The position numbers and the translations under genes are program-made. Below, piece after piece: positions 13,000-26,204 of a stretch of 64,000 nt of DNA. This stretch comes from Styela clava. Lineage: Eukaryota. Position 1 is the first letter of the stretch. Each line of letters opens with the position of its first letter. The notes beneath the pieces are model-generated. The model ran no database searches, was not told where the DNA came from, and saw nothing but the letters and a program-made list of their open reading frames with translations. The stretch is taken from the NCBI RefSeq assembly GCF_964204865.1, contig NC_135257.1:7378001-7442000 (forward strand). Reading direction: 5' to 3'.

Positions 13000-15900
13000 T
13001 TAACTTTTTCGAAAAAGATAACTTTCCATATTTAAAAACTTTTTTCTTCTAATGCATTCAAACAAAAAATCCTTCCGAACGATTGGAATCTGAAAATTAA
13101 GACATAATTTCTTAGCATCTTATTATGATAAAATAAGTTATCATACGCTTATTAAATATTTGTATATAACTTCTTAGTGAGAATGTCTTTTAGACCCCAG
13201 AAATGTGAATATGAAAATTATATATTTTTTAAATTTTTAAATAAGAAGCCTATTTCCAAAATAATTTATTGTGTGAGAATTGAGACGATGAGTTTACAAA
13301 TATGAATTTAGTTCATAGTAATTAAAAGTAAATTTCATGTCTGCTGGTAGAAATCCATCATCAAATCCTTCATTGTACTTAGACTTAGTATGTTATTGAG
13401 TATACATTGTACCTTTACTTTTCTAGAATCACGAACTGACATTGAATTTTTTTTATAATCTTTTTTGCAACAAACGAGTAAGAAATCATCATAGTTCTTT
13501 TCGACATACCAGCCAGGTCTCATTTTATAAGGATTCACAATAACAAAATATTCTGAAAACAAGTTCTGTCAAATAACACTCGCCATAAAGCTAATTTATT
13601 TAATATTTTTTCTAGTTTGATAAGTCCTCAATTTTAAACAATAAGCTGTATATATTTAGATTTCTGTATATACATGTTTTACAGTTTTATATATATATAA
13701 ATCGTTGTATCACAAATGCTATGGTTTTATTAATGCTATGATTTTATTAATTTTCATTGATAAAATCGATAACTACCTTGCAATTCATATACTTTAAATG
13801 AGTATTATAACAAGATAAATGAATATTATAATAAAATATATTCATATTTATTTTCTTTAACGGAAATATTTGACTATTGGCACTATTTGAAAATTGCGCT
13901 ACGATTGTATGGTTGTATGGTAACATTGGACTTCACCAACAGTTTTTTGTTTCATCGATTAAAGTCTCTATGTAAAAAGATTGTAAATTAATATTTTTTG
14001 AGAAAAATATACAATACCTGGCCTTCCTCCGCACCTTATTACAATTTCTGCATACGATTCTCGTTTCGCTCCAATTTTTTGTGTTCGCAAAGTTTCTGAT
14101 ATGAGTATCGTTTTCCCTTCGAATACTCTACAGATAAAATTAAAAATTTGTCATATCGTCACGCTAATAACCGAATTGCGTAAGCCATTTTTAGAAGTTT
14201 TGAGAAAAACGTAAAAAACTTCCTAATGATATTGTTATGCCATTGAGAGTCAATAATTTGCCATGGTTCAATTTTTTGATCGTAGCCGGATTTAAGTTAA
14301 TTTGTATTATGCAGTTAAGTGACGTCATAATGGCGCACTGTGACTCAGGAAGAAATGTGTCTATGACTTGGGGACATACGCATTTTTGCAACTTTACTAT
14401 ATGCACCAGTCCTGAAAACCAAACATTCCAAAAACGAATGTATTTCTCAGTATCTACAATGTCTAATCTCCAAAATAGCTAATCAGTTTCAATTACATTA
14501 TTTTTTATGTTTAAAAATATATATTTTATCAATATATATAACACGTTCTGCACACCCACCGAAATAAGACTAAGATTAAATAAAAAGAATAAAACAGCAA
14601 TGCACCCAATATAAAAGCCAACCAAGGTGTATTGGACTCGGACAATGAATATCACAAGTGCACGCCTTCCTATACTGTAGTATAAATTCAAATTAATACG
14701 CACTAAGCTAGAATCCGAGATGCAAAAACTCGAAAATACTTCGCCGAGGTTATTTTGCCTTTGTGGCGTCACAATAGTCCTGCGGTAACAATGATAAATC
14801 ATTATGACGAAACAATTTCACAAATGTGCATGTCATACTAAATCTCCGTTTTTATGAGTTTCGGAATTCTTAAAATAAAATCTGAGTTAACAGACAGGTG
14901 CGCAGCATCACATAAATACCTATTTTATAAAAAACTCAAAATTATCAAAAATGACTTACGCAATTCGGTTATTAGCGTGACGATATGTCATCTCTGTTTT
15001 TCTTTAAAATTCAAGACGATTCTCCGTAATTAAGCGGTTAAGTTACACAAATCATAGATGTTTAGACTGCCATACTGTATTTCATTATTTTTGAAATTTG
15101 AAAAAGAGCTATGAATGGCGATTTTAAATGTAATGTAGTATATTTTGATGATGATGACTTTCAACGAGGTTGTTCTAGTAGAATTTGAGTGATGATTGCC
15201 AATCATGTTCTTTATTTAGATGTTTATTTGGGTAGTTATTTACTTTCAGTTCACAGATGTCAAAGCAACGGCTTTTGAGCAAGTGGATATTATCTCAGAA
15301 TTGCCCAGTCCACTACCCGTAGCTACGAATAAGCGAAATGTGAAAAATCTTGGCAGTTTTACATCTAAATACAAATATTCAAACAGATCTCTAAAACGTA
15401 CTTGGAGGTTCCGAAATCTTCAAGCCTTTTGAACTTTTTTACAATCTGAAACAAACGAAAGAGAGAGAGAGATTTTATAGGAAGGAAAATGCGTAAAAAT
15501 AAATTATTGTTTCGACAAATACCATTGAGTTGGAGGAAATTCCAAATGATGCAACTGTTCGCGGAAACAAATAGTCATTTAAGAAGATTGCACAAGATAT
15601 ACGCAAAACTACTGCCAGGTAATATGCTGCGAAGTAATTCACCTAAACTGAAAAAGTACTTATTTTAAAAAATCAAAACTTTTTATCAACAGGTTAAATA
15701 CCTACTCGTTCGTATTCTCTCAATCTTTTCTGAATATTTTTGGGCATGTACAGTTGTTTTTGCTCCATGTGATAAACACCTTTTGCAACGGGCATTTCTG
15801 TAGCGATTGATGATTGTAAAGCTGCGATTCTTCCGTAGTTATATGGACTGTATACAACAAAATAATAAACCGGAAATAAAAATCAGAATTTTTTTATATG

Positions 15901-18900
15901 AATTAAAAGATAATTTTAAATAGATAATATAATATCACCAATTGAAATTTATTGTAATATGGCCGAGAGACCATGAATATATTTCATTTGGAAAACGCAA
16001 AAGCGTCAAACACAAGAAACCCCAATTTCTTTCATTCTTCAAGTTAATCTACCTCTATCTCATTTCCAAACTTATGACTTGCAAATCGAGAATTAGCATC
16101 ATGGTCAGTGCTCATACATTACTTTAGTAGAAGTATGTACATAATTTAATTTTTACTTCAAAATCAGCATAGCAGGTGATAAAATAAAGCGAATTGAAAC
16201 TGATTACAGAATTAGATTGCAAGACTTTTTTTATATTCCACAAACATTTCTACATTTACAACAATTAGCTGTGACTTTTAATGGTGGAATTTGATATTTG
16301 ATAACTTCTGATACATAATAGTTGGCGTCGATTGTTGATTAACGGCGAACCCAAACCCTATGGGACAGCATAGCGAGATAGATGGACGCGAACCCATGTG
16401 CACGAGTCGTAAGTCATTGTGGCATTGCTGTGTGATGTGAAATCTACCGAGTTATTAATTGGAAATTTTGGAATGTACTTACTTGGCGATAGATTTGCCA
16501 AAGTTCAACCTTTCAATCCAGTCATCTGCACATGCGTCAATTCTTGCTGTGCACTGATTCTTATGTCCGAAAATGACAGTTCTGTACGTTGTCTTGATGT
16601 CGAGGATACTGGAAATGGCTTGTTCAAAAGAATTGACTGTGAGATGATCTTCCTCTTCTCTAAAACGAATAATAATTAGTATATATTGCAATCGCAAAAT
16701 ATGCTAAGATTCGATGCAAATTGAAGTAAAGTAGATTAAACGGAGTGTGGAAGGATTGCAACACATCAGTGTATAGATAGAATATTCAATATTGTATAAT
16801 ATTGGGTACCCCTGAAGTATGCGCGCCAAGATGTCGCATAACCTGAACCCTAACCTGGTACACAACTTGAGTTCAGGTTGTGCGCCATTTTGGTGCGCAT
16901 ACTTCAGGAGGTCCTAAAATTGTATAGAGGAGTTTGATAGCTACCGGTATATGTGGGATTAGTAGCGCGAATGATGAAAAATCTTGATTTACGACGGCAT
17001 AACATCGTATGTGAGTTTTCGAAAGCGCTACCGGCGCAGGCGGTAATAGCGCTACTGACCACTGATCGCAACGAACGAGATTTAATTTTAAGTTAATTCA
17101 TCCGTTTATTAAAGAGTTTTAAAATCTCACAGTATATGGTATAGAACGTTGTCCAGTTCATTCATACTCAATTCTCTACAATCTTCTCTCACGATCATTT
17201 CTAAAGCTTCCTGAGCTGCAATCCAAGATGAATCCACTATATTGTTTTCAATCGTGTACGCTGCAATGCCGTCAGTGATATCTGAGTATCTTACTCCTTT
17301 TTCTGCCATACAATTGTGAAATATTAAAACAACGTCATAATATACTAGCAAATTGAACTTTGGTATATGAGCGCACTTAGTAATTACCGATGTATTAATG
17401 TATGTAGTAATACATGTACCTACCTCTTTTACCTCTGGCTCTGCATTTCCTCAAATTCAAAGCAGAAAATAATACAAAACCGTTTAACTCTCTCTTTTTC
17501 AAGCTTCCATCCGTAAAGCTAACTTTGATTTCGACAATCCTTTCCTTTCGAAAATTCTGTAAATTGAGATAATTTTGATTATATGCATATGTTTGATTGA
17601 ATTTAAAAAACGGTGATATACAATTACATGTATTGTTAGTCGATGTTGAAAAATTATTACAATTATTTATATTTTTGTCATTATTCCAAACGTGGTAAAG
17701 AAATTTACAACTGCAATGTGAGCGGAGTATAAAGTTTAGCGATTGTCGTTGTTTTCACTCTTATCTGTTATGCGCACGGGTAAAACTGTACAATTTATAC
17801 ATAAATGTAAGGGTATTGTTACTATTTGTTCGCTTTGTAAATGTAAGTCAATATGCCTCGAGTCCCAAGATTACTTCTGCTTATTTGATTGACATAAGTT
17901 GCTCTATTATACATAACAATATCATATTATACTTTACCTTTAAACTCCTCTCAGGTGGGATGATTGTAAATGAAATGTGTTTCTTGACTCCTCCCGGTAT
18001 AGAATGCACAAAATATTCCAGTTCTGACAGAGATGAGCTCTGTGACGGCAAAATTTTACTGTTGGCGCATTCAAATATAAATAATTAGGTACATTGTAAT
18101 CACTGAAGTAGTTAAAAATTTTTTTTCTCAGTTAATGTTTCTCTTCAACTACTGGACAAATTGCGTTAGAATTTTCAGTGGTTAAAGATTGTTGTTGTCG
18201 CTAAACGTTTATTACTTTATTCATTCCTAAATTTTCCATGAATCCCATGATATTTGATATCCAAAATTATGCAGTTATATTTTTACTCGTGGAACGCGGT
18301 TTTTAATCCGCTAAACGTGACAACTGACTTCAGTTTTGAGATCGCAAACTCGTGTCACGCGAAAGTCGAAATCTTTTCGATACCAGTGACGCACTGTAAA
18401 CTAGGTAAGGTAAGTTACTGTAAACGGTAAAGTACTGTAAACGATTTGAAAGTGCATTTGTGAGTCACATCATTTGATATTTTAATTCACTCTGGCACAA
18501 TACGCATTAATTGCCATCGTTACATAGGGCCGGGTAATGCTAGGACACTCCGGGTACAGGTTCTAGTAAGTTCAGAAGTTATCATGCTCCACAGTTGCAG
18601 TTTCATCCACTTAGATATGATTTATTGGGAAATTGTGGGTAAAAAATATTTAGTTTAAGCCTCCTTGTACTTATATTTGAGCATTGTTCTCTTGTTGCTT
18701 GAAGTCCTTAAGCAATAATTTACGCTGCCCTGTCTAGATGAGTATTAGGTATGGATAAAATGTTACTTGTAAATGTTTTCTTGACAAGGAATCGGCATCG
18801 AATGTAAAATCCAACAAGCACTTCATTTGAATAGTAATGTCTGATATTGCAGTTGTCTCCCTGTCATATAGTGATAGTGAAAAAGCGTAGATAAATAAAA

Positions 18901-21115
18901 ATTAAAACCGCCAAAAAGATTTACATAATCTTATATCAATAGAAGTACACCTGTTTACTAACGAGACGAAGACATTATGCTGAATTATTGATGATATGCT
19001 GTTAATCAAGTGGTTATAGAAATATATATAATAACTTATATACTGGCTCAGTTGTTTTTGTCACCTCAAAAATATTGGAAGAAGCATATCGGATTCAAAG
19101 TCTTCTTCCTCGTTCAACCAGTAAAAAGCTTCACTTCCCAGAAAATCAGCTAACTGAAAACATTACGGATTGATTATAGAAAGTCAGTACAATTCTTTCG
19201 GAATTTACGAAGTTAAAAGAATTCAATGATCGTATTTGTGATTGTAACAAACTTCTGTAATCTCACTTCTGCTAATAAGACAGGGAGGTATTGGCCGATT
19301 GTGAATGCTGATACGGGAACACAAGTTTTTCTTCCCATATTATCTTGACGTTCTTTGTAATGTTTCACCAGAGCTTCTACATCTTGTTCCCCTGTGTTTG
19401 TTTCTCCGTCGGTGAAAAGTATAATGCAGTCCCGGGAATGTGGCGAAGGATTCCTGGTTTGAAATATTCTACGTTTAATTGAATGCTCCCTTTCTGCTAG
19501 TTTTTTTTTTCAAGGTATTAATTTGTATTGATATCTATACATAAGAACAAAATTTACTTTGCTATGACATCAAGTCCAGCCATCAATCCGGATTCCAGGT
19601 TCGTGTTTTGCTTCGTATGAAGATATTGCACAACATTTCTTGCTAATTCCTGAAATTAGTAATTAAGTTGATGTATTCTTAGAACTTGCATTTGCGGGTT
19701 TTTTATTGTAGTGATGGGATTCAGTTTAATTTTCCCCATCTTGGTATATCTATTGGCTAATTAAGGTAACCATTGATCACGGCTTTCTCCACACACCACC
19801 CAAACGCATCTATTCTTTACTTTTATTTTTTTGATTGCATATGAAGTAAACCTAATTTTACACAATAAATAGGCATTGGTATTAAACAAGTAAAGCTATT
19901 GACTTTTTCATCTTCTGACATGACAGTCATTTCTAACTCCACTTCTGCTTCATCGGAAAACGTCACAATTGCCAAAGAATCTTCTTCTGATATTTCATCA
20001 ATGACTAATTCGGCAAATATCTGAACCAGAAAAATTTAAAACTTGATCATTATTGTAGCTTGTATTTAGCTAATAGCTTCACATTAGGATTAACTCGACA
20101 AGCATTCAGGATGCTCCGCTTAGATTGGTATTTTAAAGGACAGCCTCCAGTTTTCCTGACCAAAACCCGTAGACTTTCTAAATTTAATTTTGTACCTTCA
20201 CTCTGTCAAGAAGTGAATCAGGTCCATGACCGATTTCAACTCCCATACTGGAGCTTACATCGATGACAAGTACATATCGCAGTGGAATGTGCTTAGTCAT
20301 TGACTTGTTTGTTGCCCAAATTTCTGTCACGATATCAACACTAGGATCCCCAAAACTTTTTACCTGCAATGAAAAATCATGAGTGTATAATTACCATGCA
20401 CGTAAACAAAAATGCTTAAAGAATCCTATGATATTATTTATTTTAAATGGTCAAATATGACCATGGTTTTTAATATTGGCAAGAGAATAGAACATAAATA
20501 TATATATGTATCTGTTATATAGGCATGGTTTAATTTATACTGCGTTTATTTGAGATTTATACTATTTTAGTAATATTTGACTACTTCGACCTTTGACTCC
20601 AAAAAGCTCCTTTGACGTTTTCTCAAACCTATACCAACAAGTTTACATGTTTAAAACCGCAATTTTTATTTAAAATATTCAACCACTTGCCAATATAGAC
20701 CCCCCCACAATCAATTTTATTTAGAACCTTTTTTGATAATCTGAGTCTCTACTATAGATACGATTAAACAATAATTTATACCGAAATTTATGACACATAA
20801 AAAATAACTGACAATCTTTACAACAAAGCTTCAAAATCCGTACTTTTCAAAATAGTGAGCGTCTGCTAAAATTACAATTGGTATGTCACCGTTGAATTAT
20901 TGCTGATTTGTCACTGTTACGGAAATGAACGAGGAAGGCTATGCCCCGGGAAGAGAAAAAAAATACGAAGTTATTTATTTTATTCCTATATTCTAATAAT
21001 TACCAACCTTTCCATTGTTGACCTGGCAGTAATGCTTTGTACAAAGTGTATTTCTATCACCTTGACTGTTTCTTTCTTTTTCATCACAATCGCTGTCACT
21101 CGATGATGATGACAT
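13000..21115 (-). CDS. vWA + Vwaint-like middle + C-terminal BRCT protein, paralog C (same exon layout as B)
   Basis: Exons near 21115-21008, 20363-20196, 20020-19904, 19649-19558, 19453-19267, 19153-19065, 18861-18768, 18040-17938, 17556-17433, 17303-17131, 16665-16492, 15848-15704, 15445-15402, 14129-14018, 13552-13413, 13089-13000. Motifs: VLVIDVSSSM, LAIVTFSD, NTNLESGL, IILFTDG, AFTIGQY, FYWLNEEEDFESDML. BRCT: VFEGKTILISETL..RESYAEIVIRCGGRP..FLLVCCKKDYKKN..IPIVRKDFLFECIRRKKFLNMESYLF. Confidence 0.8.
14150..14990. mobile_element. non-autonomous DNA transposon with ~40-bp TIRs in an intron of paralog C
   Basis: CATATCGTCACGCTAATAACCGAATTGCGTAAG at ~14152 and its reverse complement CTTACGCAATTCGGTTATTAGCGTGACGATATG at ~14955-14987. 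Confidence 0.7.
16806..16914. repeat. ~105-bp hairpin MITE family, copy 1 of 5
   Basis: Palindromic arms GAAGTATGCGCnCCAAGATGnCGCAnAACCTGAAC ... GTTCAGGTTGTGCGCCATnTTGGTGCGCATACTTC; other copies at ~42160, ~50416, ~60467, ~62923. Confidence 0.8.
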
Positions 21116-22411
21116 TGTATAACCTTCTCCAGATATCAATGAAATATGTCCGAATGAATAGCTTTGATACAACAGTGATAACGTATTTATTTCAAAAACC
21201 AAACACTGCTACAAAATATTGACTTAATTAAAATGCAAAATATATCGTGTTATGGTTTAGAATAACTCAAACAACCAGACTTTCCCTTATTTCATCATTG
21301 AGAGAATTCTCTTATGACTAGTTTACTATTTACTTTTCTCTAAAATCTTTTATAAGTAAGCCCCAAAGAAAGTTTTTCATACTCGCCGCCGCATTTCGCA
21401 CCCACGCGAATCCTCGACTAGGGGTATAATCGATGCAGAAATACTGTAGGCTATTCCTATCGGAACAGTTTGAAAATATTGTGCTCTTAATACAAAAGAT
21501 ATTTAATATAGAATGAACAACATGTTTTTGTCGAATCACACTGTTTAGCACTACACGCTTTGATGTAGTATATGTTATTCATCACCAACGCTCGTTTGTG
21601 ACTTAATTACCCTCTATCTCCTCCCATATAAACCGACACATAAGATACACAATAAAAATGATGGTAACACGATATTTGAACACTCCTGTTTAGATGAAGT
21701 GATAGTAGAGTTCATACGAATCCAACACGTATTATAAACGTCAAAATGGGCGGTGCAAGCGATCCGATAGCAAATTTTTGACGCTAATGTTGTATTGTGG
21801 TTTAAAAAAAAAACGTCATAATTCAAAACATTCTTTACGAGTGAAAAACAGCTGTGTTCAAAACAAATTCATGAAAAAGAATTGTTTCTGTTACACATGA
21901 TTTTATCAAGTAAAATCCCTTATCTACGCTCCGAAGAAGAAACAGATATTGAGATGATAAGGACATACTAGATTGTGGAAAGTCGGAACTCTCGTGTTTG
22001 AATCGATCTAGAAAATTGTGACATATTAGTTTAGGCGCGGGATGAGGACACCTATTAGCCCAACCGTTCACGATAAACATAGTCTCCTATTTCATATTTC
22101 TAAAATGAGTTGATTTGAAAAAAAAATAAAATAAATACTGACATCACATGAATTCAATAGATTCAAGTACATATAAAACAAAAATTTTATACACAAATAG
22201 AAATATTTAACAAAATCAAATATGAATTTTGTTGCTATAAACAGAACGAATACAAATCCCTAAAAGTGCAAGTAGTAAAGAAATATATTTCATGATCGAG
22301 GGATTTATGCCTTTGACGTGCGCGCCATTAACCCGTCTCATCGTCTTGTCGAAGAGTTCTGTGTAACTTGGTTTTATTGCGAAAGTAAATAAGAGGGAAA
22401 ATCGTATGCAA

Positions 22412-25400
22412 TCAAACATCTTCAGCAAAAACTGGTTCTGTTTTCTTTCCATTGGTTGATTGTGATTTGTCCGGTTGTGTCGTTACGTATGCCTCATTCC
22501 AATATTCGTTGATCTTGGCTGTGCTAGGCCGTGGCTCTGAAATTACAATTTAGAATGCTATGCCAAATTTGACATTGCGGCAACAAGTTTTAAGCCGTTT
22601 ATCTCACATTTTAAAAGATAGATTTATGCATAAGCAATTAAAGATTAATCTTGGCCCAAATTAGGCATTTTTATAACCATAATATGCCTATCTATACACA
22701 ATGATGCATACCGTGCAGTGGAAGGTCATTCTTTGGTATCTCTCCATTTACATCCTTTGCATTGCCCGCATTTTGATCAGCCTGTATAAAAAATAAATGT
22801 CTTTGGATTTGAATTCGAAACATATTAATATGAAACAACTGTTATAAATATTGTACATTATTTTGTGACTGAACATATATATATATATGTGACTTATGCT
22901 TGCCACTTGCCAGTTATTTTTGCAACCTTTTAGTGCTTATTACAAAACGTATCGATTTTCCGTACAAACAGACGGCGATTCAATAAAAAGATCAATGAAA
23001 GATACCAACCGACGGGGAGACATTATTCGGAGGTCCACAAGCGCCTCCCGCAGTACATGTTAAGCATATGTTAGTGAAACATAAAAAAAAACTTGTTCCC
23101 AATACTACACATCCCAGAGTGAGTGCCGCGAACGTGTAAGGAGTCGATACCCCTGATGCCTGGTAAAAGAAAAATAATGTATTCGAATTTATTTAGTGGT
23201 ACGGAGACTTAAATCTATTTACTGCAACGCAAGGTAACGGAACATCAATTTGTAAACACCAGAAATGGTTGATGAATATAAAAAAAAGACCCAATTTCAA
23301 GTAAATCGACCCAAAATTCATTAAAACTCTTTCGAACTTTTAATTAGAGTAATCAAATAAAATTTTACTCAATAAAGTATATGAATCTCTCTTTCAACTT
23401 TTACAATTTTGTACATCAACATAGCAGATATTTCATTGACAAAATAACGGAGAATATGCATATACGTGCAAATAGATAGTGTAAGTAGGATAAGACTCTT
23501 GTTTGTAATTATGGATGTGGAATTTTATTCCTCAAAGATACATAGAACGTTGCGTTATGATAAGTTCAATCTGTTCGTTGGGAAATTGAGTTAGTTTCAA
23601 AAAATGATGAAGATAGTTATCGATTTGATTCGGAATATATAAATCATAATATATGAATGAATTATCTTAGGCCCATCTTACAAATAAAATGACTATACTG
23701 TGACTCTGTGAGGCATGGCAGCATAATTGAATTTACCAGCAAAGGTACCGTTGGCAAATGTGCTTCATACCATCTAAACCTCGAGTACACAATGATAAAT
23801 TATAGCCATTATCATATGGGCGTGACGAAAAACAAATATCAATATAAAGTTTGTTTGGCAAACAACAAACTTTCAATCATAGTTATAAATTCTATTTTAA
23901 ATCCAACTATCATTAAATTCCGACAATTTTATTAATTCATAAATTTGGCAATGGATCTAAGACCTAAGTGATATTTAAAATATGTATACGGAATTTTCGT
24001 GAAACGAAGGGGAAAATATAATTTAGGTTGGTTAATATATTATAGACTGATTTTCAAGATAAGTCAGATTACGTGTACGTTTATGTTGTTCAATGATACC
24101 GCTGAAGTAATATCATTACGATATTGGATATATATTACATTTCCCGCGTACTTGCTCTATGAATTTCATTCACGTCAAATATGAATAACACAAAGTATCA
24201 AGTACAGCTGCGTTTACATATGCCTTGCGGAATTATCTGACTTTTGACTTTCTCATGTCTCATGTCACGAAGTATCAACAGGCATCTTTTATGAATAATT
24301 ACTAGAGCTATGAAGGTAGCTCCCGACTTATCTTCCGGTTAATTAACCTTCATATGCTCTCTATTGCAGATAAATAGAATCTCAGCGAAGTACCTGATAT
24401 TCAACAGTAACATATACTTGAAGTCCGAGTAATGCGCACGAAAAAAGAGTTGCAACAGTTGAGAATACAAGAGTTAACATCAACTGCAATTGTAAAAAAT
24501 AAATATTAATATAGGATTCTTCAAAAATAAATGGTTGTGTTTATTATCCCTCCCTAAGAAAAACAAATATTCCCAGTGTCTTTCTTGTTAAGTGAGCAAC
24601 TGACCTAAAATAGTCGGTCACGGCATTAGGCAATTGCACAACCCATGGGACCTAGCGATGTAGAAACATAATATATTTCCATACAATTATAAACATTATT
24701 TTACACACAAGCTGATATTGCTCAGTAATCCAAAACAAATTGTACAACAAACTATGAATTATGTCGTCCAAGCGGACTGTATTTTCAACTATATATGATA
24801 AACAAACCAAACTCTGTGAGGTTTAGTGTGTAGCATGTATCCTGAATGATAATCACACTGAAAGTCTTTACTAATAAGATTTTAGAGTTTGGACTCATGA
24901 AAACGTTCTTTCCGAAAGGCGGAGAATAACGTTTTTCTTTGATTTAAACTTTTTTATGAAAATAACAAAACTCACGTAACAAGATGTTCCTCTCTTCGCC
25001 GTATCTATAGCAACACCTCCGCATAATATGAGCTGGATATAAAATTATAGTTATTGATAACAATCTTACCAACTTAAAAACAAGAAAATAATTTGTACTT
25101 TGATTCATGAACTCTTTATTCTAGAATGTATATAAAAGTCAGAGGTACAGCGTACTGGCAAAAAATGTAATTATATGTCGAAAATCCGAAACGTAGATAA
25201 ATGCACTGACAAAATACTATACACGACAATGGATATAGGATGAAATAATCCATATCAAATTTTTGTGGGCATTTAACTTATTTACTGAAAGTAATCTGAA
25301 AATATTTGCAATTTAGGAGTTTAACAGTTTATCCAGATCTGCATAGGGAATATATGAACTGTGATTTCTGCATTACGAATTAAATCACCACTATTTCACC

Positions 25401-26204
25401 GTAATTCCAGATGCTAATTGATTTTCATCTTCAAAACAGCGCTATTTGGACCAATGATTATACACTGAAATAACAAACATTGTATATTTACTATATATAA
25501 GTACATATATATAATTTTGTATCAACCTCTTGATACTTACGACTAAAGACGTCACTAAAGTTAGCACGAGATATAAAATATTCGAATATGTTGTTTGGTT
25601 CGTTGTAATATCTCCAGATCCGAGTGCAAGGCAAAATACAGTGCATCCGAATGCAACTTCTGCAATCTAAAATAATCAAACAGTTACATAATTTATTCTC
25701 TTTGTTTTGATTTAAAATTGAATAGACAAACACATTGTTAACAAAAAAATCAGAAACCTTGGGTGGCATACGCTGTCGTGTACTCATGTGTGCCTATTTA
25801 TAATTTAATATAAACCAAGCAACCAAAACGTCAAAGTAATATCAAATTAGATTGCTGATTGGAATCAGCTTTTTTGTGATTAACGTTATTTGTTAATTAG
25901 ACATCGGATAATCGGCCTAATCATCATTAAACTGTCAGAAAAATTTATGAGAAAAAAACTTTCCTTTGCTACTAACTTAACAAGATATAACGCAATTTTA
26001 AACAGACCACTGCCATTATTCATTTTCCATCTAAGTATATTTTGTCTCGTGAAGCTGAATAAAAAACTTCTTAAATTTCTTCAATAACGCGAGATTTTGA
26101 GGGACGAAAACGCATGTCCCGGATAATAATGAAGTGCAAAAACAACTTACCCCCAATCCGGTCATCGCATATCGGTAGCTTTTAGTTATAAATATTTTCC
26201 CCAT
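22412..26204 (-). CDS. CD20/MS4A-like four-transmembrane protein (paralog 1)
   Basis: Exons ~26204-26151 MGKIFITKSYRYAMTGLG, ~25666-25541 IAEVAFGCTVFCLALG..ILYLVLTLVTSLV, ~25033-24977 LILCGGVAIDTAKRGTSCY, ~24483-24394 LMLTLVFSTVATLFSCALLGLQVYVTVEYQ, ~23159-23010 ..FAALTLGCVVLGTSFFLCFTNICLTCTAGGAC, tail exons ~22781-22712 and ~22537-22412. Four hydrophobic helices; phases are consistent. Confidence 0.7.

Noticed and set aside
15220-15432. Plus-strand ORF antisense to paralog C
   Set aside because: No motif or supportable multi-exon model; it overlaps an exon of the minus-strand gene.
25395-25465. Exon-like segment (CIIIGPNSAVLKMKIN) inside MS4A-like paralog 1
   Set aside because: It contains a stop in the required frame, and the paralog joins the flanking exons directly.
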